Below, piece by piece: positions 36,907-49,011 of a stretch of DNA of 64,000 nucleotides. The DNA is from Yuukianura sp. NJ FZ-2021 (taxonomy: Eukaryota). The translations under genes and the position numbers were made by a program. The notes under the pieces were generated by a model that was not told where the DNA came from, searched no databases, and saw only the letters and a list, made by a program, of their open reading frames with translations. Positions within the stretch are counted from its first letter, which is position 1; each line of letters opens with the position of its first letter. The DNA is taken from contig CM102290.1 of the NCBI GenBank assembly GCA_046563655.1, positions 1,860,001 to 1,924,000 of the forward strand. Direction: 5' to 3'.

Positions 36907-37497
36907 CTCTTGTGAATTACGTAAACAAAAAAAAAACACAGCGTAGTTGATTTTTATTTGTTTTGTTCATAAATTAAAATTAGTGGAGAAAAATCGGTTG
37001 AGTTTTGGAACTTGGAGTTTGGGGGGAAGTGGTGTTAGCTAATTAGTCAAAACTTAAGCTTAAGCTTTGTGATCAATACAAAATATAAAGCATAGTTAGG
37101 AGGGTACTCGGGGCAAGTTGAGACGGGGGGTCAACAATGGAGAAGCGAGGCTGGCTAAGGTCAACGTGACATCTTGGATTATTAAACACGAACAAACAAA
37201 AATCCTATGGTGGTGTCCAAACTCAAGCATCGCCGGATGCTGCTTGTTTAAAAAAAAAGGCTGTCCAGATCAATATAGTCGGAGGGTGTGGGGGGATAAA
37301 AATGTCAATACTAAAATTAAGCCTGCCAGCCTGCACTTTGGCACTATACGTTTTATGTTGTATGTCAATAAGGCTAGAGCAACATTGCAATTCTGTGTAC
37401 CATTTAAAAATTAATTAACAGTTCGAAAATCAATTACGACCATGCAAAAGACACTCTGTTAAATGAGACCTTTCCATACAAGTAAGTTGGAGCAGCA

Positions 37498-39111
37498 TCA
37501 GCGACATTCCCACACCTTGACTGTTTGATCAACACTGCCACTGGCTACAAAAGGGTGTATTCGATGAAAATCTAAACAAAAAATTAAGAGTATTTCTTAA
37601 ATTCTGAATCGGAAAAAAGAGTAATTGAAGAATTACCAATTGATGTGCAAAAATGGACATGTGCTTCTAGAACTTTGAGACATCGATGAGATGCTAGTTC
37701 CCAAACACGCATGGTCTTGTCATCACTAGCTGACAGAAGATACTTTCCACTGGGATGGAATATCAAACCTCTAACCCAATTATCATGACCATGCAGAACG
37801 GCTACACAAGAAGCTGTCCCAACATCCCAAATCCGAATCGTCTATAAAACAACATAAGAGATGTAAGGAGCAAAATATTTGCGAGTATGAATGGATGAAA
37901 ACGAAGTTCCTTACCTTGTCTCGGCTACCCGAAGCAATAAATGGTCCAGAAAACTTGGATTTTTCGGGCCCATCACAAATAGCAGAAGTTGCAGACTCTG
38001 GTGCCCATGCAATACATTCCACAACGTGTTCATGCTCTCTCAGTTCAGCCTAATTACAGAGAAAAATACAATTAATTTAACAATTCAATCACAAAGTTAA
38101 AGTGTAAATTGGAAGGAACGTGAAGCTTAGCTTACCCGGCAATCCTTAGAGTTTGTCATCCAAATACGAACAGTAAAGTCATTTGAACAGGAACCGAGAA
38201 GTGTGCCGTCTGGATTTGGTCGTACCATGCGCACCCATTCCCGATGTCCAGTAAACGTTCGAACGCAGTACCCCGTTGAAATTTCCCACATCTTGATCGT
38301 TTTGTCTCTTGAGGAGGATATAAGATAATCCCCGGAAGGCAGAAATGCGACACTGGAAACGTTGTGGTCATGTCCTCGCAGTGTTTTCACGCAGTCATAT
38401 CCATTAGTGTCCCAAAGTTTGATGGACATGTCAGCACTACAAGAAGCTGTCACAACAATTTTAGCATACTCAAGGCATGACAAAGTTTGGAAATTGCATA
38501 GACATAAAGTTACCCAGTAGCTTTCCAGTAGCATCGAACGACACATCTTGAACAGAGTCCGTGTGTCCTTTCAAAGTCTTCTCATGGTCGCCGGTTTCAA
38601 AGTCCCAAGTTCGAATCGTGGCATCTTCAGAAGCTGTTACTAAGATTGTGTAGATTGGATGAAAAGCTACACGGTTTATTGGAGCTCGATGACCTTTGAG
38701 TGTGAACTTTTCAGGAGGGCGGGGAATCCATTCGGCTGGTAGCCTCTTGTCTCGTGTTGGTGCTCCACTCAAAAATTCCTTTTCTGCATCACTGAGCCTT
38801 GCTTCTAATTCAAGTACTTTCTTTTGGAGTCGAATAACAGAAGTCCATTTTTTCTCTAATAGGCCAGCAAATTTTTTATCCCCACCTAACAACACAAGGA
38901 GATTAAACACTCCGATGTCATAAAAAATTCATTAGGTGAAAATGATTAATTTGCTTCAATGGAATCAGTAGTTCGTACCTGGTTCAAATCCAGTACTTTC
39001 TAAATCTGATTCCCTTTTGAAGACATCGAGAGAATCCGTATATCCATTTGAAATAAAGTAATCAGCAATTGCTCGATTAAGTTCGTCTCGCTGACGTTGG
39101 GATAATACCAT
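37498..39111 (-). CDS. Lis1: Lissencephaly-1 homolog (PAFAH1B1), LisH plus WD40 dynein regulator
   Basis: [46 protein letters not shown] repeats ([34 protein letters not shown]), ending VKVWECR. Confidence 0.97.
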
Positions 39112-40551
39112 TATGAATGTATTTAGGGGTCCAGACCTACACACGATTAATCCCGTCGTTAGTTTATGTTTATGATCCTCAACTCATTTGTAGATTAATG
39201 TAAAATTACAGATGAAATATTTTACTGCAAGATTTGAAATAATTAAAACTTTCAAAAACAAGAAAACAGCAGACACAGCTGTCGGCATCAACAGTCAAAT
39301 GCTCCTCTCCACTTCATTCCCACAAAGTTTGGGCGAGGCTCTGCTCACCTCATTTCATTATGGAGTTTGCGTTTTGAAGAATTTATAGAATTTATAAGAA
39401 GTGTAGGACGTACGGCGGGTAGTGACGTTACTTTTGAAGGTTGTTGGATTGACAAAATTTACAAAATTCAATTAATAAATTCCATAACTACAAAAAGTTT
39501 GAAAACTGACGTCACAGTTTTGAAATTATTAAAATCCACAAATTCCGGGAGCGGTATCAAAATGAGGTGGATATGAATCGATTATCAAAACTTGTTGTGA
39601 ACGAGTTTTAGAGGATTTGAATTCCTACTTCTGCTGTTTTTCACGAGCCCTACAGTCAGAATCCGTTCCGGAAGCATGTTTTGCGGAATTGTAAAAAATA
39701 CTGTGGAATAAATTCTAGAGGTTCTGCATAAATTCTAGAATACATTTCTGTAATCAGACTACGTTTCACTCAGCGTTTCTATTATCATGTGCTGTTAGCG
39801 CACTACAAATTATTATACCGAATGAAAACTTAAGGTAGATATCTATATTTTCAAATTAAAATGTTGGTTGTTGTCTCAAATGATCAGGTAATGTGGTTTT
39901 GGGTTGGTTTTTACTTATGTAATGCAAATACGAACGTTTTACATGAAATAAGAAAGTTTGAATTATAATAAAAAGAGTGGTATTACTTCTCATGTGTGTC
40001 CGTTGATATTACGTGCACTCAGGCATAGTGTTGAACCCACCGCACAAATCAATGCCGACGTACGTTCAAGATCTTGACAAATTTTCTCATCCAAAGATAA
40101 TAGATCAATACAGGTTTGGGCACCACAAAAAGTAAAGAAAAAATCAGTGGGACATATATTTTTCAAGTGCCGAAATCAACTAAGGTTTGAAAAATAAAAA
40201 ACCAGAGTAATTTCAGTTGAATTTCATTCATTTCCCCACTCAAAGGTTTTTCCCAAAGTGAAAAAAAGTCAATAAGTACTGAACAAAATTGCAAATTGAC
40301 GTGCGCTTGCGCCGAATCTAAAATTATAAAAATCAATGTGAAACGGAAACCCACCTCAAAACGTGCAAGTCCAACTCATTACAAATCTTCATGTTTTCGT
40401 TATAACTGTCGGCCCGGTTTTTTAAATTTTTAATTGAAGTATGAAATACCGGAACTTTATCGAAGGAAGAAATTTTCATACTAATTAAACCGGAAAGTAA
40501 GAAGGGAGGAGTACCTGTACCTGTGTGTTGCAATTTCATTTTCCTTAGAAA

Positions 40552-42268
40552 ATGAAACTTGTCAATAAATTCATCGACAAAGATGGAAACGGGTGAGAAT
40601 TCTAATTAGTATTGAAAAAATGGTACCGGAATAGATATGTGGTGCCATTGAATGTTTATTTAAATTTTCATATGTTGTTGCCCGTTTAATCAAATGTAAT
40701 CTGAATTGCATTGACATTTCCAGGCACATTACGCTGATTCCGGAGGAGAGTGAAGACATTTGGCACGCATATAATCTAATTACTCCAGGGAACCATGTAC
40801 GATCGTCCACCATCCGGAAGGTGCAACAAGAAACGTCAACGGGATCTTCAAGTAGTAATAGAATTCGGACCACACTGACTATTCAAGTCGAATCGATAGA
40901 CTTTGACTCTCAAGCATGCGTGCTGCGACTCAAAGGCCGAAATATTTCGGAGAATCAATTTGTGAAGGTTATCACGACGTTTCATAACGACAAAGTAAAT
41001 CTAGGGAAGTTTAAGTTAAAAGTCATGTTTCATGTTTGATTACAGATGGGTGCCTACCATACTCTCGACTTGGATGTGAACAGGAAATTTTGCCTAACCA
41101 AGCACTGGGATTCAATTGACTTGGACCGAGTCGAACTTGCCTGTGATCCAGCCCAGGTACGCTGTGATTTCTGATTTCATCAATGTGTCAGTGTCCAACG
41201 TTAACCATATTTTTTTAGAAAGCAGATGTTGGTGCAGTAGTTATGCAGGAAGGTTTAGCCCATGTTTGTTTGGTGCTGGCCAGCATGACACTTGTTAGAG
41301 CCAAAATTGATCAGGCGATTCCGAGGAAGAGGCACGGCAATGTCTCAAACCACGAAAAGGTACCAATAAATTCTTCCTAACAGAATACAGTAATGGAGTC
41401 GGGTTTAAACTATTTCTTTGGATTGCCAGGGACTTCAAAGGTTCTTCGACAACGTCCTTCAAGCCTTGCTTAGGCATATCAACTTTGAAGTTGTTAAATG
41501 TGTTCTGATAGCCAGTCCTGGATTTGTCAAGGATCAGTTCTATGATTTTATGTTCCAACAAGCAGCAAAGACGGAAAATAAGTTATTACTGGACAACAAA
41601 GACAAATTTCTACTAGTTCACTCATCTTCTGGTTTTAAGCACTCGCTAAAAGGTAGGACAAATTCAAAGGTCACCATTTCAACTCACAGGAAACCACTTC
41701 AACTTTTTACTTTTTTGCAGAGGTTTTGGCCAATCCCACTGTAATGGCTAAATTATCAGACACAAAAGCTGCTGGAGAAGTAAAATGTCTAGAAAACTTC
41801 TTTGAAACTTTACAATCTGAACCTGACAAAGCTTTTTATGGGCTGGGTCACGTGGAAAAGGCTGCAGCGGCTCAAGCCATTGAGTCCTTACTCATCTGTG
41901 ATAGTTTGTTTAGGTAAATTTTTATTTTCCTGGTTTGCTTTGCAGTTTCCTTAAATACTTCGATTGTGACTTAAACAGGTCGAGTAGTGTTGCTACACGG
42001 AAGCGCTACGTGGACCTTGTCGAGAGTGTCAAAGAGAGCAACGGGGAAGTGAGAATCTTTTCTAGCCTTCATGTCTCTGGCGAGCGTAAGTTCATCAACT
42101 ACTATCTATACATAATTAATAATTTGAGTTGGATAGGATTGTAATACTTTTGGTTTTTCTGTAGAACTTGCTCAAATCAGTGGAATAGCAGCGATATTAA
42201 GATTTCCAATGCCCGAATTAGAGGACCTTATCAACGACGATCCCGAAGATACCGAGGACGACAGTTAG
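40552..42268 (+). CDS. pelo: Protein pelota (Dom34), ribosome rescue factor
   Basis: [99 protein letters not shown] across GT-AG introns. Confidence 0.97.
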
Positions 42269-43272
42269 TAGTTACTTTATTAGGTTGAACCTGTTGTCAG
42301 GTTTAACCTAATATTGACAATAGATTTTACGCTGAGAATTGGCCTTGTCCAAATCCTGACGCTAACCACGAGTGATTGACGTTTAGCCGCTCCTTAGTTA
42401 CTAAAGTGACTAAATCATGGGATTTCTGATCTCATGATTTGCCACGATCAAGTCATGTCGCAACACGACACTGATACAGCGGCTCTTGGACAATTGACAT
42501 AACCCGATCAGGAACGAATCCGTCTAACACTACCATTTCTATTAAGGTTTGCATAACGTGCACCGTGTATGAATGTTTCGGCCATTTCAGTCACTTCAGA
42601 GTCTGAAATGTCTGAAATTCAGACATTTCCGACCATTTGGCAACAGTGACCGAAACTGGGAACAAATGCTTTCGAATGACTGACTTAAACTTAAATAAAG
42701 CGGCGCATGGCATTGGACACAGTTCGATTTGGGGGAACATAGTTTGTTCCCTCAAAACGAACTTGGCTAAATCTCAATCACGAGCAGATCCTACCAGGGT
42801 CCATCCTCATCCTGCCTTTCTTCCAGTCCTTGGTGGATCCACTCCTTCATCATTGTCGCCATGTTCACAATCACCACAAGAACCTTCCTCCTCCTGGAGT
42901 GACTCAATTTCGCACATCCAAATCACAATCTCATCAAAACCTCTCAAATCACTCGAAAATCAAACTCCAACTGATGCTACCAATCATCCTTAACTCTTTT
43001 TTTTTCCGAATTACTAGATTCATTGGCTGTAATATTTCGCCTTATCGTTCCCTCCTTTCAAAATAAACCTTATTCGCAATATTTTGAGAAAAAATAATTT
43101 GATTAATAAACGCTAATTTATGATAATTTCTGATTGTACTTGTTCTTTGCAACAAAGTGTTCCGGAAGGAAGTGCAGAAGGCGGCAGTTTCATAATGAGT
43201 CAATTGACAATTTTGAGCTTCAGAAACGTGTTGTAGGGGTTGGCTATTCCACTGACAAGTGACAGAATTCAC

Positions 43273-43501
43273 CTGGTTTTATCCGGAAGAAATGTCTGGA
43301 TTAAAACGGATACTTCCATCTAATTTGATGTTGGTGGAAGAAATATTTTATCCACCCGCAACACTGCTAGCAACGCAAGTAGTAGCTAAGTATTAGCTAA
43401 TAATCCTGAATTAAAATTAAATTAATTTGTATTATGACAGATTAGGTGGAGGTATCTATTTGTATAAATTTTATCTAGCCATTTCCTCCGGATAAAACTG
43501 G
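43273..43501. mobile_element. MITE-like inverted-repeat element upstream of WDR3
   Basis: About 32-bp IR: CTGGTTTTATCCGGAAGAAATGTCTGGATTAAA versus right end reverse complement CCAGTTTTATCCGGAGGAAATGGCTAGATAAAA. No TSD seen. Confidence 0.65.
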
Positions 43502-43815
43502 ACAAATTATATTATCTACTTAATATCCATTGGACGAAACGTCAATAAAAGTGAATATCCACCCACACTCATAAAAAAAGCGTTGCATAGGCTTAGTCTG
43601 AAATATCTGTTTTTCGGAGGAATAGACATACCCTGTTGCTCCATGTGCTTATCATTTTTAACTTTCAGATTGTTATTCGTATTCGTGAATCGGAAACTCA
43701 AATTACACACCTTACAGTTAATTCGTGTTTGGAAAAAGATGAATTGAAGAGTGACGGTAGATTTATCAATCAGGGTGTCAATCGTACAATTATTTAGGAC
43801 GAAGTATTCGACAAG

Positions 43816-46800
43816 ATGCCGTTGACTAAGCAGTACCTCCGTTATGCACCGGCAGGACTCTTCGGCATTGCTGCTGCAAAGAACTGCAATGCCGTATTTT
43901 TATCCAAACGATTCATTGTCACTGGCGGTACGGACGCGGTACTACTGTGGGACATTCGACTGAAACGAAAGGTAATTAGTTGAAAATTGTACTTGTGCTT
44001 CTAAATAACTTCCATGTGATTTGATTAAGACTTTCTACTGAAATTTAGGTTCACACGTTTACTTGTGAGTCTCCAGCAGTCCTTCTCCAGCCAAATCACG
44101 ATGCGACGCTGTTGGCCGTGGGACACTCCGAGGGTGGAGTGAGTGTGTATGACCTCCAGGACAAATCCGAAGAAGCATCGCCAGACCCTACTGTCACATT
44201 CGAGGGGCACACAAGTAATTTGATTTTGACGGTAAACGATTAGCTCCAGCTCGGTATCCTCATTTACTAAATTTCTTTTTAAAGGTGAAGTCCTGACACT
44301 CGACTGGGATTCTTCTGGAACAGTATTGGTCTCAGGCGGAAAGGATACCAAAGTCATCTTATGGGATTGCGTAGCCGAAAGCGGGATTGTAAAACTCAAA
44401 GGGCACAAAGGCCCTGTAACGCGTGTACGGTGCTCCAAAGATTCTAAGTATGTCATTTCATCGTCTACGGATACAACCATTAGAATTTGGGATTTCCAAA
44501 CCCATGTGTGTATTCATACGCTTCCTGCCAACACTGAAGTAAGAACTTCACAAAAACTTTTTCCTTTTGAGGTCATTTTAAAGTTTGGTGAATTTTTAGG
44601 TTTGGGATTTTGCGTTATGGGGCAACTACATCTTCGTGGGCCAGAATCATATTCGAGTATACAAAGTCTTCGATAATAAAGTAGTAGATGAATCTATAGA
44701 CGAAAACGGTACTCCTAATGCTCCATATGGAGAAGAAGAATCAGAACCTCAGAATGAAGAAATTGGAACAATACAACGTAATTCATCGGATCGTGTCCGG
44801 ACACTTCAAGTTGTCAATGACACATACCTAGTTGTCTGTGGAGCCATATCTAAAGACATTGACATTCATATCCTAAATCGACCGGCTGATGTGGAACGAA
44901 AACGGAGGGCGAGACTTAGGAAGACAGAGTCCACTGGGGACACAACAGACGAAAATATTATTATTCAAGACTTGTGTCGACCGGCTAACTCTGTCTTCGC
45001 TGCTGAAAAAAAGTTGAGATCAGTGAATGCTTATGAAGAAACTGACGGAAGTCTGAAGGTATTTTCCATAACTGTTCATCTAATGTACGACTTGTAAACG
45101 TTTTGGTTTAATTTTACAGATCCTGGCATGTTTACCATCAAATCAAGTCGAAATTCTCTCGTGCAACCCCAAACTTAATCTTACTAAAAAGGAAAAAGAA
45201 CAATTGAGAGAGAAGAAGCCAGAACTGTATGGATTTGATGGTCATCGAAAAATTGTGCGAGGGTTAGCCTTTTCGTCAGACAGAGGAACCATCCTGACAG
45301 TTTCTGCTGACGCATTTAAATTGTGGCACAGGTTTGAAAGTTTTTTTTTTTTAATTTTAAAATAAACTAATTATTGAGAAAAAATTTTGTATGGTTTAGG
45401 GAATCGCTGTCATGTATCGGTACTGTGAAGCACAAATTTCCTGCCGTTTGTTGTCAGTTCTGTCCCGGGGACAGACATTTTATTGCCGGCACAACATGTG
45501 GAAAAATAATTTTAGTCGATGTGGCAAAGAGTGAAATCATTCAAGTCGAGCAGATTGGAGACGAAAAGTGACATTTTACTAATTCTGTTTAACATTTAGA
45601 TATTCAAAAGTTGTAAATTTTGATTTCTTTTTAAATTGTAGTGTTTGGGGTCTTGATGTTTATCCAGATAATCAAGGATTTGTAGCCTCAAGCGGAGGCG
45701 TCATCAACTGTTTTGATTTTTCTATGAACGATGGTGTTCTACAATTCCAATTGCAACGTCAATTTACCGTTGGTGAAACCATTCTATGCATCAAAGTGAG
45801 TCCAAACATGCGCTTTGTCGCTGTCGGCCTGGTCGATTCTACTGCCAAGGTAAATTCAAACCACTCACAGTACTTTACTTCAAAGCTGCTAGCTGCTAAA
45901 AATACTTTTGTTGACAGGTCTATTTCTTGGACACTTTGAAGTTTCACTTGTCACTTTATGGCCACAAACTACCCGTAGTTGACATTGACATTTCTGCGGA
46001 CAACAATCTTTTGGTGTCATGCTCAGCAGATAAAACAATTAAAGTGTGGGGTCTGGATTTTGGTGACTGTCATTCGTCCATGTTCCACACAGACATGATG
46101 GCTGGAGTTGGTTTTCTGGAAAATACACATCACATTCTCTCTGCTGCCAAAGACAGTATTAACTACTACGATGGAGACAGTCACCAAAGGATTCAAACCA
46201 TCAAGGTATCCAATCTTATCCATTTCAATCAATTAATTGCGTAATTTCAATTAAAATCGATCATCTTTGATTATACATAGGGTCATGTTGACGGGGGATA
46301 CACATGTATGGCTCTTGGAGGCTTGTTTGTTGTAGCCAGTGGAAGGGACAACTCTATTCGGCTTTTTAAAAGAACTGACGAAGTGAGTGTTTCAATTAGT
46401 AATTGACAATTGCTTAGGTGTATCACCATGTAGCGCTTGTTTTCAAACATGTGATGCTGTTCTAAAACAGATTTTGGTTCTGGACGATGAACGAGAACGA
46501 GAGAGGGAAGATGACATGGAGAAAGAAGCAATCACTGAAAATCCAAATCTACCAAGTTTACAAACAGCTGATACTGAGAAAATGGTAATTTCAAAATTTT
46601 GCAATTTAGGAAACATTTTTTGAAAATTTTTTGGAATTTGGTTTGAACAGGCTGACAAACTCATCGAAGCTCTTGATGTGTTCAAAGACAGTGCCGACGG
46701 ACATCCCCTTCTGCAAGCCTACGGTGCTGAGACGCTGAATGACTTCATGACCAAAGTCCTAAGTACTATCAAGGCAGTAGAGTTGGAACAAAGCATTATG

Positions 46801-47166
46801 CTACTTCCGGTTTCCTACGTTCACCAAATGATTCCAGCGCTGGAGCAAGTCCTTGTCCAGTCTCCCCTTTACGCTGAACTTGCAATCAAATGTCTCTCGG
46901 CCGTTGTCAACTTCCACTTGGCTTCTCTACGCCGAGTCGATAAAGAACTGTTGAGTAAAGTAGCGGATTTGGCAGAGTCCAGAGGCATTGAACTGACCGA
47001 CAGAATTGGAGTGAACGTCGCCGGACTTAAGTTTTTGCAAGAGTCTGCAACGGCAGAGAACTTGGCGCGAAATTTTGAATCTACCGTGGGAGATGTGAAA
47101 CGGAAGAGGAAACAGAGAGAAAAAGTTATCAAAAGAGCCTTACTCCAAGTTTCTCAATTATCTTAA
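43816..47166 (+). CDS. WDR3: WD repeat-containing protein 3 (Utp12/Dip2, SSU processome)
   Basis: MPLTKQYLRY start, SGGKDTKVILWD..KLKGHKGPVT, LKFHLSLYGHKLPV..DIS, SADKTIKVWGLDFGDCHSS, and a Utp12-type C-terminus (ELEQSIMLLP...DRIGVNVAGLKFL). Confidence 0.92.
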
Positions 47167-47314
47167 TTTTTCTGAAACTCAAAATTCTTAAGTAACTTTG
47201 GTTTTTTATGTTTAATGAAATTCTAATTGAGAAAAAAATTTTAATGTCTTAGTTTAGTTCAAATTGGAATCAAAACTCCCCAAAATTTTTAAAGTTGCAG
47301 TTTTTTGGTCGTAG

Positions 47315-47461
47315 CAGGTCATAAGCGCGAATATATTTTGAAATCGTGACGATGCGAATCTTATTTTACGTTTTTACAAAACCATGAAAACTTATTTTGC
47401 AAAAACTTCACCTTTGTCAAGTTGCTGATTTCGCGCTTATTGTTTTCGCGCTAATGACCTG
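47315..47461. mobile_element. MITE with CAGGTCAT(T/A)AGCGCGAA TIRs
   Basis: 16/17 TIR match; same family as 36680-36906. Confidence 0.7.
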
Positions 47462-48489
47462 GAACAGTTTTGGTAAGGGCAATTTAAAATTGAAAATGAT
47501 TTATTGCCTTGCTACAACATTTTGCTACTGTAATTGTTAATTAACTAACAATCATGGATACTAATTAATCAACACTACTGGATCCCAGGTTAATTAACTA
47601 AGACACAACTAGTAACTTTTAAATTATAACAAAACTTAATAACTTTTTAACAGTGATCAGTGTACTTGTCAAACTTCAACAGTCATCATCTTGTTTTAAA
47701 TGAGGGTAAACTAGTGTAATTTGCAGTGTTTTTTTGTTTTTTGATGAACTTTTATACAACATCCAGTACAAAATTAAGTTAATTTTTAATTTTAGGGAGG
47801 AATTAGAGACGGATGATGGTGGATTGTGTTCAAGGGGGAAGTGTGAATTTAAGTTCCATTTTTTGTTGATCAATTTTTAGGATTTTTGTCTCCGTGCTTT
47901 TATCACAATTTGCAAGGGATTTTTTCAAGTCAAATTTTTAAGCGTCAAAAGGTCATAGGTCAAATAGTTTCAAGAGCGTCGCAGGGATCCAGCAGTTTTG
48001 AAAACTTAGGTTTAAAGTGGCAGCATTTACAGGACAAGTTGGGTGGGGGGGGGGGTCTTTTTTTAGGGGGGGGGGTATCGATTTTGGACACTTTACATGG
48101 ACATGGCTTTGAGATTGGACAGTTTTAACAAGGATTGGTTTGCACTTTGCGAAAATTCTGGCAAGGTCAAGGGTCGGTTTGGTTTCTTTTGTAGAAATGA
48201 AACATTGAACAGTGACGCGAGGTCCACCTAGCAAGTATTGGGAAGCTTGGAAGGCCTTGCAAACTGAACATATTGCTCTAGAACAGCCTAAAACCACACT
48301 GCCGCTGATGGTTACAAAGAGGTAACCATGGTTACCCTAGTGGTTACGTAGTTACCTTATTGGATAACTTTATCTCATAGCTTGAAAATAGTCCACTTGA
48401 CTTTTTTCAAAAAACTAAAGTTAAAAAAAATCTAATGCTTCTAAGAATTCAACTAATTAATTACTTTTCTCAACATTTTTTGTTTTACT

Positions 48490-48622
48490 ACAAAAATGAT
48501 CAACTTTTGAAACTTTTTGCATCGCCAAAAGCCAACTTTTTTGCATTTCAAAAAGCCAACATTTTTTTCCAACTCAAAAAGCCAACTTTTTTTTTTGCAT
48601 TTCAAAAAACCAACTTTTTTTT
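48490..48622. repeat. Tandem repeat, about 5 copies of an ~25-bp AAAAGCCAACTTTTTTGCATTTC-like unit
   Basis: Recurring CAACTTTTT / AAAAGCCAAC units visible directly in the sequence. Confidence 0.8.
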
Positions 48623-49011
48623 TACTGTAAGCGCAATTCCCATTTCTGTGTAAAGTTTTGTTTCCCCCAGGGGGAAAGATTGGTTGAAGTTTTTTTCCGA
48701 AAATTTTCATAGCCTATGCAGTCAAATTTAAACAAAATCCCCCTTTGTGTCCTGCATTAGTTGTCAGCCTATCTCCTGTTGCAAATTGTGGTTCATGTCA
48801 AACGGAAGAGGTCAATGACCTCAGGTCAGAGGTCAATTCTTCGGGAGGTCAATCCTATTTACACTACAGCGAAAAACAAAACAGTTAAGTTAAAGTAAAA
48901 CTGTTCTCTTTGTGTTTACAGAAAATAGGGTTTTTGAACTGATGCAAAGACTCCCATGGCCAGCGATTTTTTTATGAAGAATTTGTTGTTGTTTTTTTTT
49001 TTTTTTGAAAA

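Noticed and set aside
42637..43066. Ser/Pro- and His-rich ORFs between pelota and WDR3
   Set aside because: Non-ATG starts, one beginning inside a dispersed repeat; no splice structure or domain found.
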